This document shows positions 51,836 to 64,000 of a DNA stretch of 64,000 nt, piece after piece. The DNA is from Camelus dromedarius (lineage: Eukaryota). The stretch is from assembly GCF_036321535.1 (NCBI RefSeq), contig NC_087437.1, positions 76,634,001-76,698,000 of the forward strand, written 5' to 3'. Position 1 is the stretch's first letter; each line of letters begins with the position of its first letter. The notes under the pieces are model-generated. The model saw nothing but the letters and a program-made list of their open reading frames with translations. It did not search any database and was not told where the DNA came from. Position numbers and translations under genes: made by a program.

Positions 51836-53967
51836 GAAGTGGCCAGTAATTTGCAAATGTTGGAGGCGTTTGTGGCACTAGAGACAGGTAAGTTAGTTTT
51901 CAGCATTTAAAAATGTTTCTTTACAGCCACAATTTTACTAATTCCATGTAAGTTTCAAGGCTGAAAGTGAGAAATAATTTATAATCAGCAGTATATTCTT
52001 CCAATCTTAAAATACACATTTTTACCTTTTTTTTTTAATAGCCTGATGGAGATTAGAGGGGCAAGTGTTTGTAAGACTGGTCTGCATTGCCTGAAAGGCT
52101 AAGACTGGCTTGTCAAGCACATCTGCATTATTAATGACAGTTTCAATTTGTCTTGTTCACATAATGGTTTTCCTTAATGTGAGAGTAACTTCGATTAAAG
52201 CCTTTTGTGGCTGTGTTCATTCTTAAGATTTTTCCCTTTAATTGCTCTCTGTGCATTTCTTTTGCATTAGCACCAATTTACTTGTGCCTATGATTGCAGT
52301 TAGAACTAAGCTGAACTTTTTGAATTTTAGCCATCAGTCTTTTTTCTGAGTAGTTTAAAATTTTATTATTAAGCTAGTGAAAGTAAAACCCTGTAAAAGT
52401 TCATACGATGATTATAACTTGACATAGTTCCTTTTCTAGAGCTGAAAGGATTAGAGAAACTCAACATTTGAGATATTGATTGTATAAGTTTCTTCATTTT
52501 CTCTCTCTCATAAGAAAGGAAAGTTTCCTGGGCAAGGGAAAATGCACTGCAGTGTCATACAAAACTCTCATATTGATTGTGGTTCAGAGTTGTAAAGTAT
52601 TGACTATATGGATTTAAAGTCTTATGAACAATAAATACTTATAATTCTGTGTCTGAATGAGAGAGAAGAACAGAGAGAAAGTGGGTCACTGAAACTGTCA
52701 ATTAGTGACACTGGTTATTACTTCCTATAGAGAAAGGCAGGTAAAATCTGCAGGGCCCCGATGATGGAATTCACAAAGCCTTAGGGTAGCTCTAAACAAA
52801 GTGATTATTTATATGTAACTGCTGCTTTATTCCAGAAAGATAGTAGGTTCTTAGGGATGATAGGAGGGGACACTAACGTATGAAATCAGATTACATAAAA
52901 GCCAAGGAGCGTAGAATGTTATCAAGTTTGGAGGAAGAAAAAGTGGTGTCTTTATGAAGGGATGGACCTGTCAAAGCCTGTAGTGTCTGTCTTCAGCTTC
53001 TGAAGTTTGAAGTAGTCCTTCCAAGTGTGCACACCATTTTGAAAATATGTGGACCTGTATTTATGACACTGCAATGGGGATGAGTAACATCTAGAAGGTA
53101 TTCTTAATTTGCTGTCATAAATAAGTCCCTACATCAAGTCTGTTTTAATTTACATCATCTATTCTTTCTTCAATTAGGGTGTAATTCCCTTATGCATTAT
53201 GACAGGAAATGTATAGACCGTTCCAAATTTTTGACCTGTAATATATCTTGAGGTCCTATTTAAGTAAAATAAGATATGGAGGAAAGAAAATAAGATTTCT
53301 TAACTGGAAGGAACCTCATTCATTACCTTTGTTCTGAAGTTGGGGATGTCTGTGTCCTGTCGTAGTGAAGTGATTTATCAGAGAGGAAGTAAGGGGAGTG
53401 GCACAGCCACATTAGTGCTCAGGCTTATAAATCTACAGTCTAATGCCCTTTCACTGTGCTCACTGGAAAAACTTCAGTGTAATCATTATAGAAATCTCTA
53501 TGGTATGTTTAAAAACAAAAATTAATTCAAAAGATGGTTATTGGATGGTGACTGTGTTTCAGAAACTGTTCTCAGTGAATATAATGAAGATCCCTGGCTT
53601 CCTGGAGCTTAGGTTTGAGTGGGAAGAGATAGTGAACAAATAAGCACAGAAGTGCACTGCATGTAAGATTGTGGTAAGTGCTGTGGAGAATAAGAAATCA
53701 GGAGAGTGATAAAGGGAAGTGATGTTTGAGCAAAATCTGAGCAAAATGAAAAGCCTTTTAAACCTTTGGGGAAGATTATTTCAGAGGGAACAACAAATGT
53801 TCCTAAAGAAAGAATGTACTTGATGAGTTTGAGAACTTGCACGGAGGCCAGAGTAGCTGGGCAGAGTGAATAAGAGAGAGAATGCAAAGAGCTGAGGTCA
53901 GAGTTGACCCAGGGCTGGAGTGCATGAGGCTTTTAAGGCAATTCAAAGGATTTGTGGCTTTGAGAGA

Positions 53968-54021
53968 TACGATTCTTAGTTTTATGTGTCAACATGGCTA
54001 GGCTATAGTACCCAGTTATTT
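53968..54021 (+). mobile_element. MLT2D-type LTR 5' fragment
   Basis: ttttatgtgtcaacatggctaggctatagtacccagttattt matches the recalled start of MLT2D. Confidence 0.7.
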
Positions 54022-54505
54022 ATTTTATTGTGTTTTTGTTGAAGAATAGTTGATTTATAATGTGTTAATTTCAGGTGTATACAAAGTGATTCAGTTATAA
54101 TTTTTCAGAGTATTTTTCATTATACACTATTACAGATATGGAATATTGTCCCCTGTGCTGTACAGTAGGTCCTGATTATTTACCTATTTTATATATAGTA
54201 GTATATATATGTTAAACCCAAATGCCTAATTTATCTCTCCTCCCCACCCCGTTTTCCCTTTGGTAACCATAGTTTGTTTTCTGTGTATGTGAGTCTATTT
54301 CTGGTTTGTAAATAAGAAATATTACAGGTCAGCAATTTGTATCATTTTTAAGATACCACATATAAGTAATATCATATGATATTTGTCTTTCTCTGTCTCA
54401 CTTTCTTCACTTAATACGATAATCTTAGGTCCATCTATGTTGCTGGTGATGGCATTATTTCACTCTTTTTTTTTTTTTTTTACCACTGAGTAATACTCCA
54501 TTGTC
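54020..54505 (-). mobile_element. cetartiodactyl-type L1 3' end
   Basis: ttgaagaatagttgattta...aaagtgattcagttata...ccctgtgctgtacagtaggtcc...ccctttggtaaccata. Confidence 0.85.
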
Positions 54506-56387
54506 TGAGAAAGTGTCAACTATGACAAATTCTGTTTATAGGATAAAGTCTGAAAATTGATTATTTGATTTAACAGTGCTAAGCTTCACTGGGGCTTTTT
54601 TGGTGTAGTGGAAACAAACATTTGATTGGAGAGATAGAGAGGAGAGAAGGTAGACAAGGAGGGGAGGGGGATAGCTATATGCTTTTAGGAGTTTTCCTTT
54701 TGAAAATAGAATTTTCCAGAAGGGGTTGTGAGGTCAAGATGCCTTAATAGAATATGCAAGATAAAACATTGAGTTTAATGCTTATGTGAATGATTTAGTG
54801 AAGAGAGACATTGATTACAGGGAAAAGGGGAGATTTGTGGAGCTATGTCCTTGAGGAAATGAGAGGGGAAGGGAGACAGTGCACCAGTGGAAGGTCTAAT
54901 TATAGAAGAGCTAAGGCAGTTCATCTACACCAATGAGACAGAAGGCAGTGTATGTACACAGGTCAAATGCAGCATGTTGATAGATGTGAAAATGTCAATG
55001 TGTGAAAAACCACTTCTGATGGCCTTGCTCTTCTGAATAACAGGAAATAAGACCATTAGCTGAGAGTGAACACATGGAAGGAGGAGCTAAGATTTGAGGG
55101 ATGAGAAGGCTAATGTGGTCATCCAGGGGTGGAGAGGGAAAGATTAAGAAAATGTGGTACATAGAAGCCCCGTTTAAGGTTCACACAAAGTGGCACACAG
55201 AGCTCTGGGCTTCTGTCTTTACCATTGATAATGGATGTGAAAAAGAGTTAGATTTTTCTTTAAAGTGATTTTTTTTTCTGGCTGGTTAGTAAGAAAGTAG
55301 CAAATTGAAACCAGAATTAGAATGAATTATGGTAAATGAAATTAAAGGTGGATTTTTCTTAGCCTTCTTATACCTCTAAACATTGTGTTAATCTGAAAAA
55401 TGCAACTAATGCTTTACGGTCATGTATTTAAATCTATTGTGATATAACTAAACCTCAATATGGCAATTAGGATATGTTCCAATCCCCAAGCCAGAAGCTG
55501 GATGAGGAGAAAACCAATATCACTAAGGATATCACAATACATTGTCTCATCCAGGCTTATAGTTGTGAACATGCCATTTGAAATAATTAAATCAAAAACT
55601 AAATTTCTGAGGACAGTTTGTATTGGGAATTTTTATACTCATATACTCATAAACAAGAATGTAGAAGGTTTGGTAAAAAATGTATCCTTAATGGTCATAT
55701 TTCCACTTGCGATGTCGATACTCTGAAACATGAGAGTCATCAAAGAACGTGATTTGGCAGTTGCCTTTGAAGATAACTCTTCCTTTAGTACATTGCCAGA
55801 CTTCTCCTCTAAAACACTCAGTCCTCTTAAAAAGAACAGCTTTTAGTTCGTTTTGACACTTGTGAAATGATAATGGAAGCTTTCAGTAGTTTTGCTTAGA
55901 ATTCAAACTTATTCAATTCCAAATAAGAGTTGTTGAAACAAATACAAAAAGCAGCCTAAGAACGAAGATATATGAATTCAGACAGAGCAATCTAAGAAAG
56001 TAGACTTTTCTCTTTAAAACTTCATTTTAACAATGCTGAGAAAATCAAACTCCTTTAAAGTTATCATTGGTGTTTATTAAAACAAACTTTTCTCAGAACT
56101 GAAGATACACCCTTGAGGTGAGAATATTTTTTTTTGCCAAAACCTTGGGGAAGTTACAATTGACTAATAATTCTCTGCTTTGAGAAAAACACAACCATCA
56201 ATATTAGGAGGAAGTGTAATCACTGCAACTTTTGTTGTAAAATAGTGGATTGATTCTTAAGTAAATTTTTCGTTACTGTCATTTTAGAGTCCTTTCTTCA
56301 TTGCCTTCTTTCTGGAAGAAAACCTTATGGTTCCACTTGATGAGTAGAGCTTATGTTTTACTTAAGAGAGAGTGATCTCTCGTACAA

Positions 56388-56828
56388 TACGGTGGCAATG
56401 GAGCTGTGTTATTTAGATCTTCCTTCTGGAAAGAACTTACGCACCTCATCTGCAAGGGGTACAGTTAACTGACAGCTTTTACTTTTGGCACCTTTAGGAT
56501 TCACCTCATCTCTTGAGCCAAGGTAATGCTTTTCCTAGGCAGCCCCTGATCCATGACCGAGCAGGTTGGAGGTACTGTGCCTGGTCATTTCTGTGCAACA
56601 TGGGACTCCTCTTAAGGATACTTATTGGTCTGGAGCTCCAGACTCATTGCTCTGGGTAGGCCATGACTTTCAGATATGCATTGAAGTCCCAAATCTTTCC
56701 ATGACCGATTCAGCCTTTCTGTCTTTTAGTTTCACAGGCCTGAATCCCTCCCCACCTCCACAAATTCCTCACACCCCTAACTCCATCTCAGTGTTTGCTT
56801 CTTATAGGATTCAACGAACATAGTAACA
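56388..56828 (+). mobile_element. LTR16A-type ERVL solo LTR
   Basis: agatcttccttc...ctgcaaggggtacagttaactgacagc...ggcagcccc...catttctg...gggactcctct...ctaactccatctcagtgtttgctt. Confidence 0.85.
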
Positions 56829-57030
56829 TCCCCCTGAGACATTCAATACTTGCTTGTTGAACACCTCCCCACCCCATGTATCAAGAACTATGCTAGATGC
56901 TGGGAGTACAGACATTGCTTAAACATGATTTCTAACCTAAGCAGCTCACAAACTAATTGAGGAGAGAGCCTCATAAATAAGAAAGGCTTGTGTGGGAGCC
57001 AACACAAACACGGCTCCGTAACTGTGGAGT

Positions 57031-57641
57031 TGTATTAGTTTTCAGTTGCTGTATAACAAATACCCACAAACTGAGCAAACTTAAAACAGTACCTGTTTAT
57101 TGCCTCAGACTTCGATCAGTTAGAAGTCTGGGCAGGCTCAATTGCGTTCTTTGCCTAGGGCCTCACATGGCCAAAAATCAAGGTATCAGCCTTTCTGGGT
57201 CTAGAGAATAATCCACTTTCAGGCTCATTCACATTTCTGGAAAAATCTAGTTCCTTATGGTTATAGTACTGAAGTTCTTTTATTGTTGGCTATCAGTCAG
57301 GGGCCTCTCCCGTATTCCTTATCCTGTGGCCCCTTCCATCTTCAAGTCAGCAGTAATTTGTTGGATCTTCTCATGCTTGGCATCTTTCTGACTCCCTCTT
57401 TTGCTACCAGCCAGAGAACATTCTGCTTTTAAAGGGCTCATGTAGTTAGATGAATAGCTACCTGGATAATCTCCCTTTTGATTAACTCATGGCCAACCAA
57501 TTAGTAGCCTTAATTACATCTGTAAAATCACCTTTATTACTTAACATAATCATTGAGCTTGAATGAATTCTCATCTTATTCACAGTTCTGGGAACTGGGC
57601 AGAAAATCTTGGAAGACCATTTTAGGATTCCGCCTACCACA
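57031..57641 (-). mobile_element. MLT1E-type solo LTR
   Basis: tgtattagttttcagttgctgtataacaaatacccacaaact...ctgcttttaaagggctcatg...ccttaattacatctg...ttccgcctaccaca. Confidence 0.85.
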
Positions 57642-57649
57642 GGGGCATA

Positions 57650-58290
57650 GGGGAAGGGTTCACGATGGTGAAGTTGAAGAGGGAATAACTTCCAGGGTGA
57701 GATGATGGCTGAGCTACATTTTTAAAGAGTAACAATAAGGTCAAATGGGGCAGTTTTTGCCAAGAATTGAAGATTTGAAGTAGTGTATTATGTGCCAGCA
57801 TATATAAGTAGGGCTGTTGCTTAAGAACACTGGTTGGATGTTCCCAGAAACTAAGCTTAGAGATTAGGTTTTGTTGTTGGGAAACCATCATAGGATTTTA
57901 AGCAGATGTGTTAGAGCAAAATAAATGGGAGATGTTACAGTGTAACACTGGAGCCAGAGAGATCAACTAGAAGCTGTGAAAATTGTCCGTCTGAGAGACA
58001 GTGATTGTCTGAATCAGGATATTGGTAGTAGGATGGGGAAGAGAAGGACTTTTATAATTTAGGAGGTACCTTTTGTAACACTTAGTGATGAACTGCATGT
58101 GGAAAATGACAGAGGCAAAGCAGTCTAGGATGACTTTTGGTTTAGGTAACAGCTTCTCTAAATTTATTGGGGGATGAGAGCAGGACAGGCTGACTGGAGG
58201 GAGGTGGGATGGGTGGGATGATGATGAATTCAATACTGGAAATGTTGAATCTGAAATAGTTGTGGAACATCCACATTGTCGACTTTTCTC
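57650..58290 (-). mobile_element. L2 fragment
   Basis: gggaaaccatcataggattttaagcag...gtctaggatgacttttgg...gaattcaatactggaaatgttga. Confidence 0.65.
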
Positions 58291-58354
58291 TAATGGATCG
58301 GTACAAAACATACTCTTCTAATTCCCATTAAAAACATGGTGGGCGGCATTGCTG

Positions 58355-58444
58355 TTTTCTTTTCTTTCTTTTTTAATAGAGATACTGGGGATTGAACCCA
58401 GGACTTCCTGCATGCTAGGCTACCACTGAGCTATACCCTCCCCC
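58355..58444 (-). mobile_element. short Vic-1-type SINE (tRNA part only)
   Basis: T tail + gatactggggattgaacccaggac...taccactgagctataccctcccc. Confidence 0.85.
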
Positions 58445-59159
58445 TAGTTCTTGCTACTAGCTTATACTTTTTTTTCTGCTCTTTGTAATGAAACAGATTC
58501 CACATATCTCCTTCTATTCACTTTCTTTTTACTTTTCAGCACTTCTCCAGTTTTGCCTCCCGCCCAACTTCTCTATCAAAGCTGCTTTGTCAAGGTCAGA
58601 GGTGGCTTCGTGTTGCCAAACCAGGTGGACATTTTTCTCTTATCAGTTTACTCAAAGCCCCAGCAGTACTTGATGTAGCTGACCTGCTACTTAAATCCAC
58701 AAATTGACTTAGCAGTACCCCCCGCAGACCTAGAGTGAGAAATAATAATCACACATGAAGCACATCATAGCAAAATGAAAATAATACTGGAATGAATAAT
58801 GCAAGCCACTTCTTTAAGACATGTTCTCATTGTGTTTTCTAGTTAAAAAGTTCAAATACTAGACTGGGCAGTTCAAAACTGCATGTATCAAAATTATGTT
58901 TTTATCTTCCTTAGAAGACTGTCTTCTTATATCGAAAGCTAAAGCCTTTGGCTGTGCTTTGATCTTGTCCCCTCACAGGTCTTCTTAGGCCTGAAGAGGT
59001 AAAAACGTGTTACTGAGATTTCAAAACAAGCAGATAACAAAAAATGGTAACAAGATTTCAGAGACAGAGGGAGAGGAGGGATTGAAACTGGTTTTGAGGC
59101 CAAGCACTTTTTTCATTATTCCACAGCTTTCATTATCACTTAGCATTTCACCCTAAACA

Positions 59160-61380
59160 TCATGCAAATAATTATAACAACAAATTTCTATTCACTTAAG
59201 TTATTATGAAATAATAGACAGGTAGAATTTTATAAAAGATGTATTTATGGAACATGTATGTTCTCACTATTTAAGAAATAAAATAATTGAATCACTTTTA
59301 CTTCCTGGTAGAGGAAACCATTAATTCAGTTTTAATGTTTATCAATATCATCTATTTCTTTATATTTTTGCTCAATATATATATAGCCCTATAAAGTTTG
59401 TAGTCTTACCTTGCATGTTTTCATCTCTCTATAGGTGGAATCATTGAGTATGTAGGTTTTTGCCCAAAATATTTATGATTTCTCTATTTTGAATATTGTT
59501 GAATTCATTTTCATTATTGTTTAACATTTTAATGTATGATTATGTCAGAATACATTTGCCTGTTCTTTTGATAGACATTTAGGTTGTTAATAAATTTTAT
59601 TATTGTATTATTTTTTGAAATATCTCCTTAAGAACATGTATGATCATTTATCTGCTTATATACTCAAAAATATGCCTCTGAGTAGTAGGTATAAACTCTT
59701 CAGAATTGCTAGATATTGCTAATTGCTCTGAAAGTAGTTGCCTTTATTGGTGGAATATAAAACTTCTTATTATTTTTAGATCTATATACTCTTAAAGTTT
59801 ACTCTTAAAATTATAATATACATATTCAACTTCCACAGCAGTCCAAGAAATTAAGAAAACTTTGGTTTCAATCATCATGTTCTCCTCTTCCGTATCATAA
59901 TTATCCAGTACTTCTGTGTTTTTTTAACCCTCAAATTAGAAATTGCTATTCTAATTTTTATATTTATATTTATATTTATATTTATATTTATATTTATATT
60001 TACTTAATATTTCTAATATATATTTGTGACTTTCCTTCTGGTGTTATTTTCCTTCTCCCTAAGATATATTTTAAGAACTTCTTTAATGGTATTTGTTGGT
60101 GATAAAAGCTCTAACTTGTTTGTCTAAAAATGCCTTGATTTTACCCTTTTTGTTAATTATATTTATATAGTCAAGAATACAAATATATACAAATAATCTG
60201 ATTTTTATAAGTGTTAATCTCCCATACTTTTAAAATGTTAGTCCACTGTCTTCTGGCTTCCATTATTTATATTGAACATTTTTTCATTCTGGTTTCTGTT
60301 TCTTTGAAGAATTCAGCCTTTTGTCTCTAGGTGCTTTTAAGATCTTCTCTTAGTGTTTATAGTCTGTAGTTTCAACTTGATCAGTTGAGCTATGACTTGC
60401 TTTTATTTAGTTCAGTGTGAACAAATTGTGCTTTTACTTGAAAATACAAGTGTCTAATTCAATCTGTAAACCTCTTAGCTTTAAATCTTGATTCTCCTTC
60501 ATGTACTCTTCTCTCTTCTAGTGCTGCGATTTGGTGTTTTTAGACTTGATCATTCAATGCTTTTAAACTGTCTCTAATATTTTCCAAAACTTTGTCTTTC
60601 TATACTGTACTTTAGGAAATTACATTAGATAATTCTTTAGTGCAGTTAACTAATTCTTTCCTTGTATCTAATCTGCCCTTTATCCTATACTTTGTATTTT
60701 TAATTGCAATGAAATACATTACATTTAATTTCTAAAGTACTCTGTTTCCTATTTTAAATACATCTGTTCTTTTTAAATTGTATATTATAATTCATATTTT
60801 CAGTTATCCTTTATTTCTATCATTTTAAGCATAATTATTTTATGATAGTTTTTTTGATAACTTAAATATTTGAAACCCTTGAGTTCTAAACCCATTGTGG
60901 TTGTTTCTGCTTATTCATGGTTGTTAATCTCCTCATGTGTTTTGAAATTGTGGATTGTGAGCAAATGTTTGAAGCGCTTGCTATTACCCGTTTTAATCCT
61001 AAACCACCTAAGTTGTTTAAGAATAGATTGCCTTTTTGTTTTTTTTAATAAACTCATAGGGTAATTAAAAACCAGGACCATTTTTGCTGAGTTTTCTCAG
61101 CTTGGTTTTTCTGGATCATGTGGATAGTGTAAATTCACATACAAACTCACAAAATCAGGCTCTTGGTTATAATTCCAAGGAAAGATTTTTTTTGGTCCAT
61201 AGTTAAAGTGAAGACCAACCTAAATATATGTTATTGTTATCTCCTTTTTAGTTAAACTGTCCATGAGAATATAGGTCTTTGTGTTTTATGCTACAGTTTA
61301 AATTAGGAATATTCACTTTGTGGGTTTAAGACAGACTGTGTTGTCCTCTGGGTGGCTATTTGTTCATAATTTCTCCCTAA
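59160..61380 (-). mobile_element. old L1ME/HAL1 fragments
   Basis: gatagacatttaggttgtt, ccactgtcttctggcttccatt, gcttttaagatcttctctt. Confidence 0.6.
59957..60002. repeat. (TTTATA)n microsatellite
   Basis: Directly visible. Confidence 0.95.
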
Positions 61381-61399
61381 CTTTTCTTTTTCATTTCTG

Positions 61400-62200
61400 T
61401 CCTCTTTTCTTATGCACTGCTTATAATAATACTACCATATCCTAAGTTGCCTAGGATCTTAACTTCAAAATTGTGTAATACATTTTTCCTCTGTATCCAA
61501 CATCCTATCAATCAAGGAATTCTGTAGATTCTATGTATTATGTTTTTGTCTGTTCTATTCTTTCTACAATTCTTGGTCCAGCAGTAACTCAGACGCCACA
61601 ATTGCTTGTTGGTCTTTCTATTCCTCACTTCTGTCTCATCATGGTCTTCGTCTCAAAACACATACAGTGTAATATATTTCAATTATATGAAATGTAAATT
61701 CTTTAAATTTACTTTCAGATCCTTTCATGATTTGGCACTAGCCTGTTTTCAACCATATCTCCTACTAAACACTTTTAAAGAATTTCAAAATCATGCCATA
61801 TGAAGTGATTCACTGTTCTCTAAGCATATCTCTTTATTTAGTTCCATTGAGTTTATGGTTTCTTTCATGTAGAATGCAATTTACAATATGCATGCATCCC
61901 TACAAGTTGAAAGTAGTTTTTGTAACGGTAGAGGCTAAAGGCCACATCTTACATGGACACTACCAAGATTTCCCATCTTGGAAATTATTTCTCTCTTCCC
62001 TTTTTCTGTAGCACTTCGTATCTACCCTATTACATTTATCAGATGCTGCCTGGTGAGGTTGACAGTTGTGTGTGAGGTAGACCTATTAGACTGAAAGGTC
62101 TGTGATAATTTATTCCTTTTGACATCTTTATATCATTGTTATTACTTATCAAAATAGTTAAAACATAGACGATGTTTAATACATGTTTATGAAGTTGATG
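61400..62200 (+). mobile_element. L2 fragment
   Basis: taccatatcctaagttgcctagg...catcctatcaatcaaggaattctgtagattcta...ctattagactgaaag. Confidence 0.55.
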
Positions 62201-63207
62201 TCTGGATGTAGGTAAATATTATGAATAATATTTCTTTTCAAGAATTCACAAAAGGCTATTATTTTATATGATAAGGAATCAGATAGAAATCAGGTGAGGT
62301 TGTCTTATGTCCTCAACGGATGATGTCTTTACTGAAAAACATCTGCTTTTGTTTACTAAACTGAAAACTTAGAGCATTGTCGATATCACTGTTTTTGTCA
62401 AATAGAGAACAGTAATCTAAATTAAGTTTTGCAATTGAGTATGAAAAGTATTCTTTATATTACATATTACTTTGCACATTAAATTCTCATTGCTTTCTCC
62501 ATTGGCCTAGGATTGCATAACAAGTGAGTGGTGGGAATGAAACTTATAAATAAATATATGTCTTTTAAAATCCAAGTCTTGTGTACTTTAAACATGCTTA
62601 TTCCATTTTATTATACTTATTTTGGCTTTGAAACTTCCTCTCTTGAGACTGTCTCCTAACAGAAAGTCAAAGACAGTGTTCACCTCCCTTCAGAGTATGT
62701 TTACATATAGCTGCACTAAACTTCATGCTCCCTCTGCGTATGTGGGAAAGTTCTTTTCAGATGTACTTACAGAGTTAGAATTAGAGTACTAAATTACACT
62801 CAAAACCCCACTGGAGCTGATACACTGTGTTAAATTCAGAATATGAATTGTATTTTTTTTTGTACTACATAAAAACTATCTATCATGATTAGAGAAACTC
62901 TGTTCTTTTTTATTTCTAAAGAAGATGTCACACGTACCAAGAATTATTTCCATATGGATGTTTAAAGTTGCTATTCCTGGATGATTTTAATTAATTTTGC
63001 AGAATTTGCATATCAGTGAATTACTGTTTGTCCCAGAATAATTAGAAATTGAAACAAAATAACTGATAAAGTCAGAAAAAGTGAAAACCTCACATATGTG
63101 GAGGCATTTTTTTCCATCTGTTGGCATGTATCTCTGAGGAAGACATTGACTACAGACTCTAAGATTATTTCCCCACAGTTGGCTCCTAAAAACTTGCTTT
63201 GTTTAAT

Positions 63208-64000
63208 CTAGTGTTTCTCAAACCAAATTCCATGTATGTGTTGCCAGGAAATGTTAAATAAACTATATATCCTAAAATATTGTAAACATTAAAATTGTCT
63301 TTTTATTTCAATATTACTCTAAGTCAATTTAAGAATATTCTGAATTACCCCATAATCAAGTTAAAACTGAGTGTTCCCAAACAATTTTAGTTGTTAATTT
63401 AGTATTAGTTTTGTGATTCTGTTCAAAATAAGTGGTTACCATAGTTGATAGCATTTAGTTTTTAACGTATTAAGCATATCTGTAATTATCTTAGCATTTC
63501 TTAATATTAAAGTGGTTACTATCTGTCATGATATTCATGTTTGAATTTTTGTTATGAGGATATCTACCTTTGGATTCTTATATCAAAATGGTATCTGACA
63601 CAATTTTCATGTCTGACTTTTTAAAAGTTAGAGGTAAATTTATAGTGATACATTTCTATTAAAAACAATTTCATACATTGAAACTTTATTAAGCTACATA
63701 AAATATTGGGATCTGATATTATGAAAGAGCTGAGATAGAGTAATGTACCACTTGTAGTAGACTGAGAAGAAGAAAACAGGCTGATTGCAATGCAAATGAA
63801 ATATTTGCACCAAGTAAAGGTCAAATGATATCACAAAGGAACAGAGGTGACATGGACATGAGTATTTAGAGAAAAGTGGCCAAGGGATCGTGCCATCACA
63901 CCATCACTAGATTGCTGAAACTCAACTGCCTTACACAACAGCAGTCAGTACCATATTCATATTGTGAATTTTAGTTTAGCTTCAACAAAATGTCACTCAT
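63208..64000. mobile_element. possible hAT-Charlie DNA transposon remnant
   Basis: Begins with Charlie-type TIR-like tagtgtttctcaaac; the rest is AT-rich and unresolved. Confidence 0.35.

Larger units (their letters stand above)
53515..55150 (-). mobile_element. L2, interrupted at ~53968-54505
   Basis: ggtaagtgctgtggagaataa...ggaggccagagtagctgg; resumes after 54540. Confidence 0.65.

Noticed and set aside
51500..51900. Strong donor-like sites CAG|gtaaga and CAG|gtaagt
   Set aside because: No convincing upstream acceptor or open frame; isolated matches are common in introns.

Overview
AT-rich, CpG-depleted mammalian genomic DNA, intronic or intergenic. It is very probably camelid, based on three tRNA-Ala-derived Vic-1-type SINEs and a camelid-type L1 3' end. 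I recognise no protein-coding exon, and the listed ORFs are short chance frames or lie inside repeats. Much of the window is interspersed repeats: old L1M/L2/MIR/CR1 fragments, MaLR LTRs (including one complete LTR-internal-LTR element), ERVL and ERV1 LTRs, an ERVL dUTPase relic and hAT DNA-transposon relics. Repeat-free stretches in between carry enhancer-like motif clusters. The most unusual observation is a pair of poly(A)-tailed, apparently L1-mobilised retrocopies of an ERV LTR R region. One is a monomer (26979-27142, minus strand). The other is a 421-bp R-linker-U3-R-(A)n mini-transcript with a 15-bp target-site duplication (31372-31792). Together they suggest a SINE-like retroposon family derived from an LTR. 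Repeat family names are from recalled consensus similarity rather than a database search, and boundaries without a TSD are approximate.
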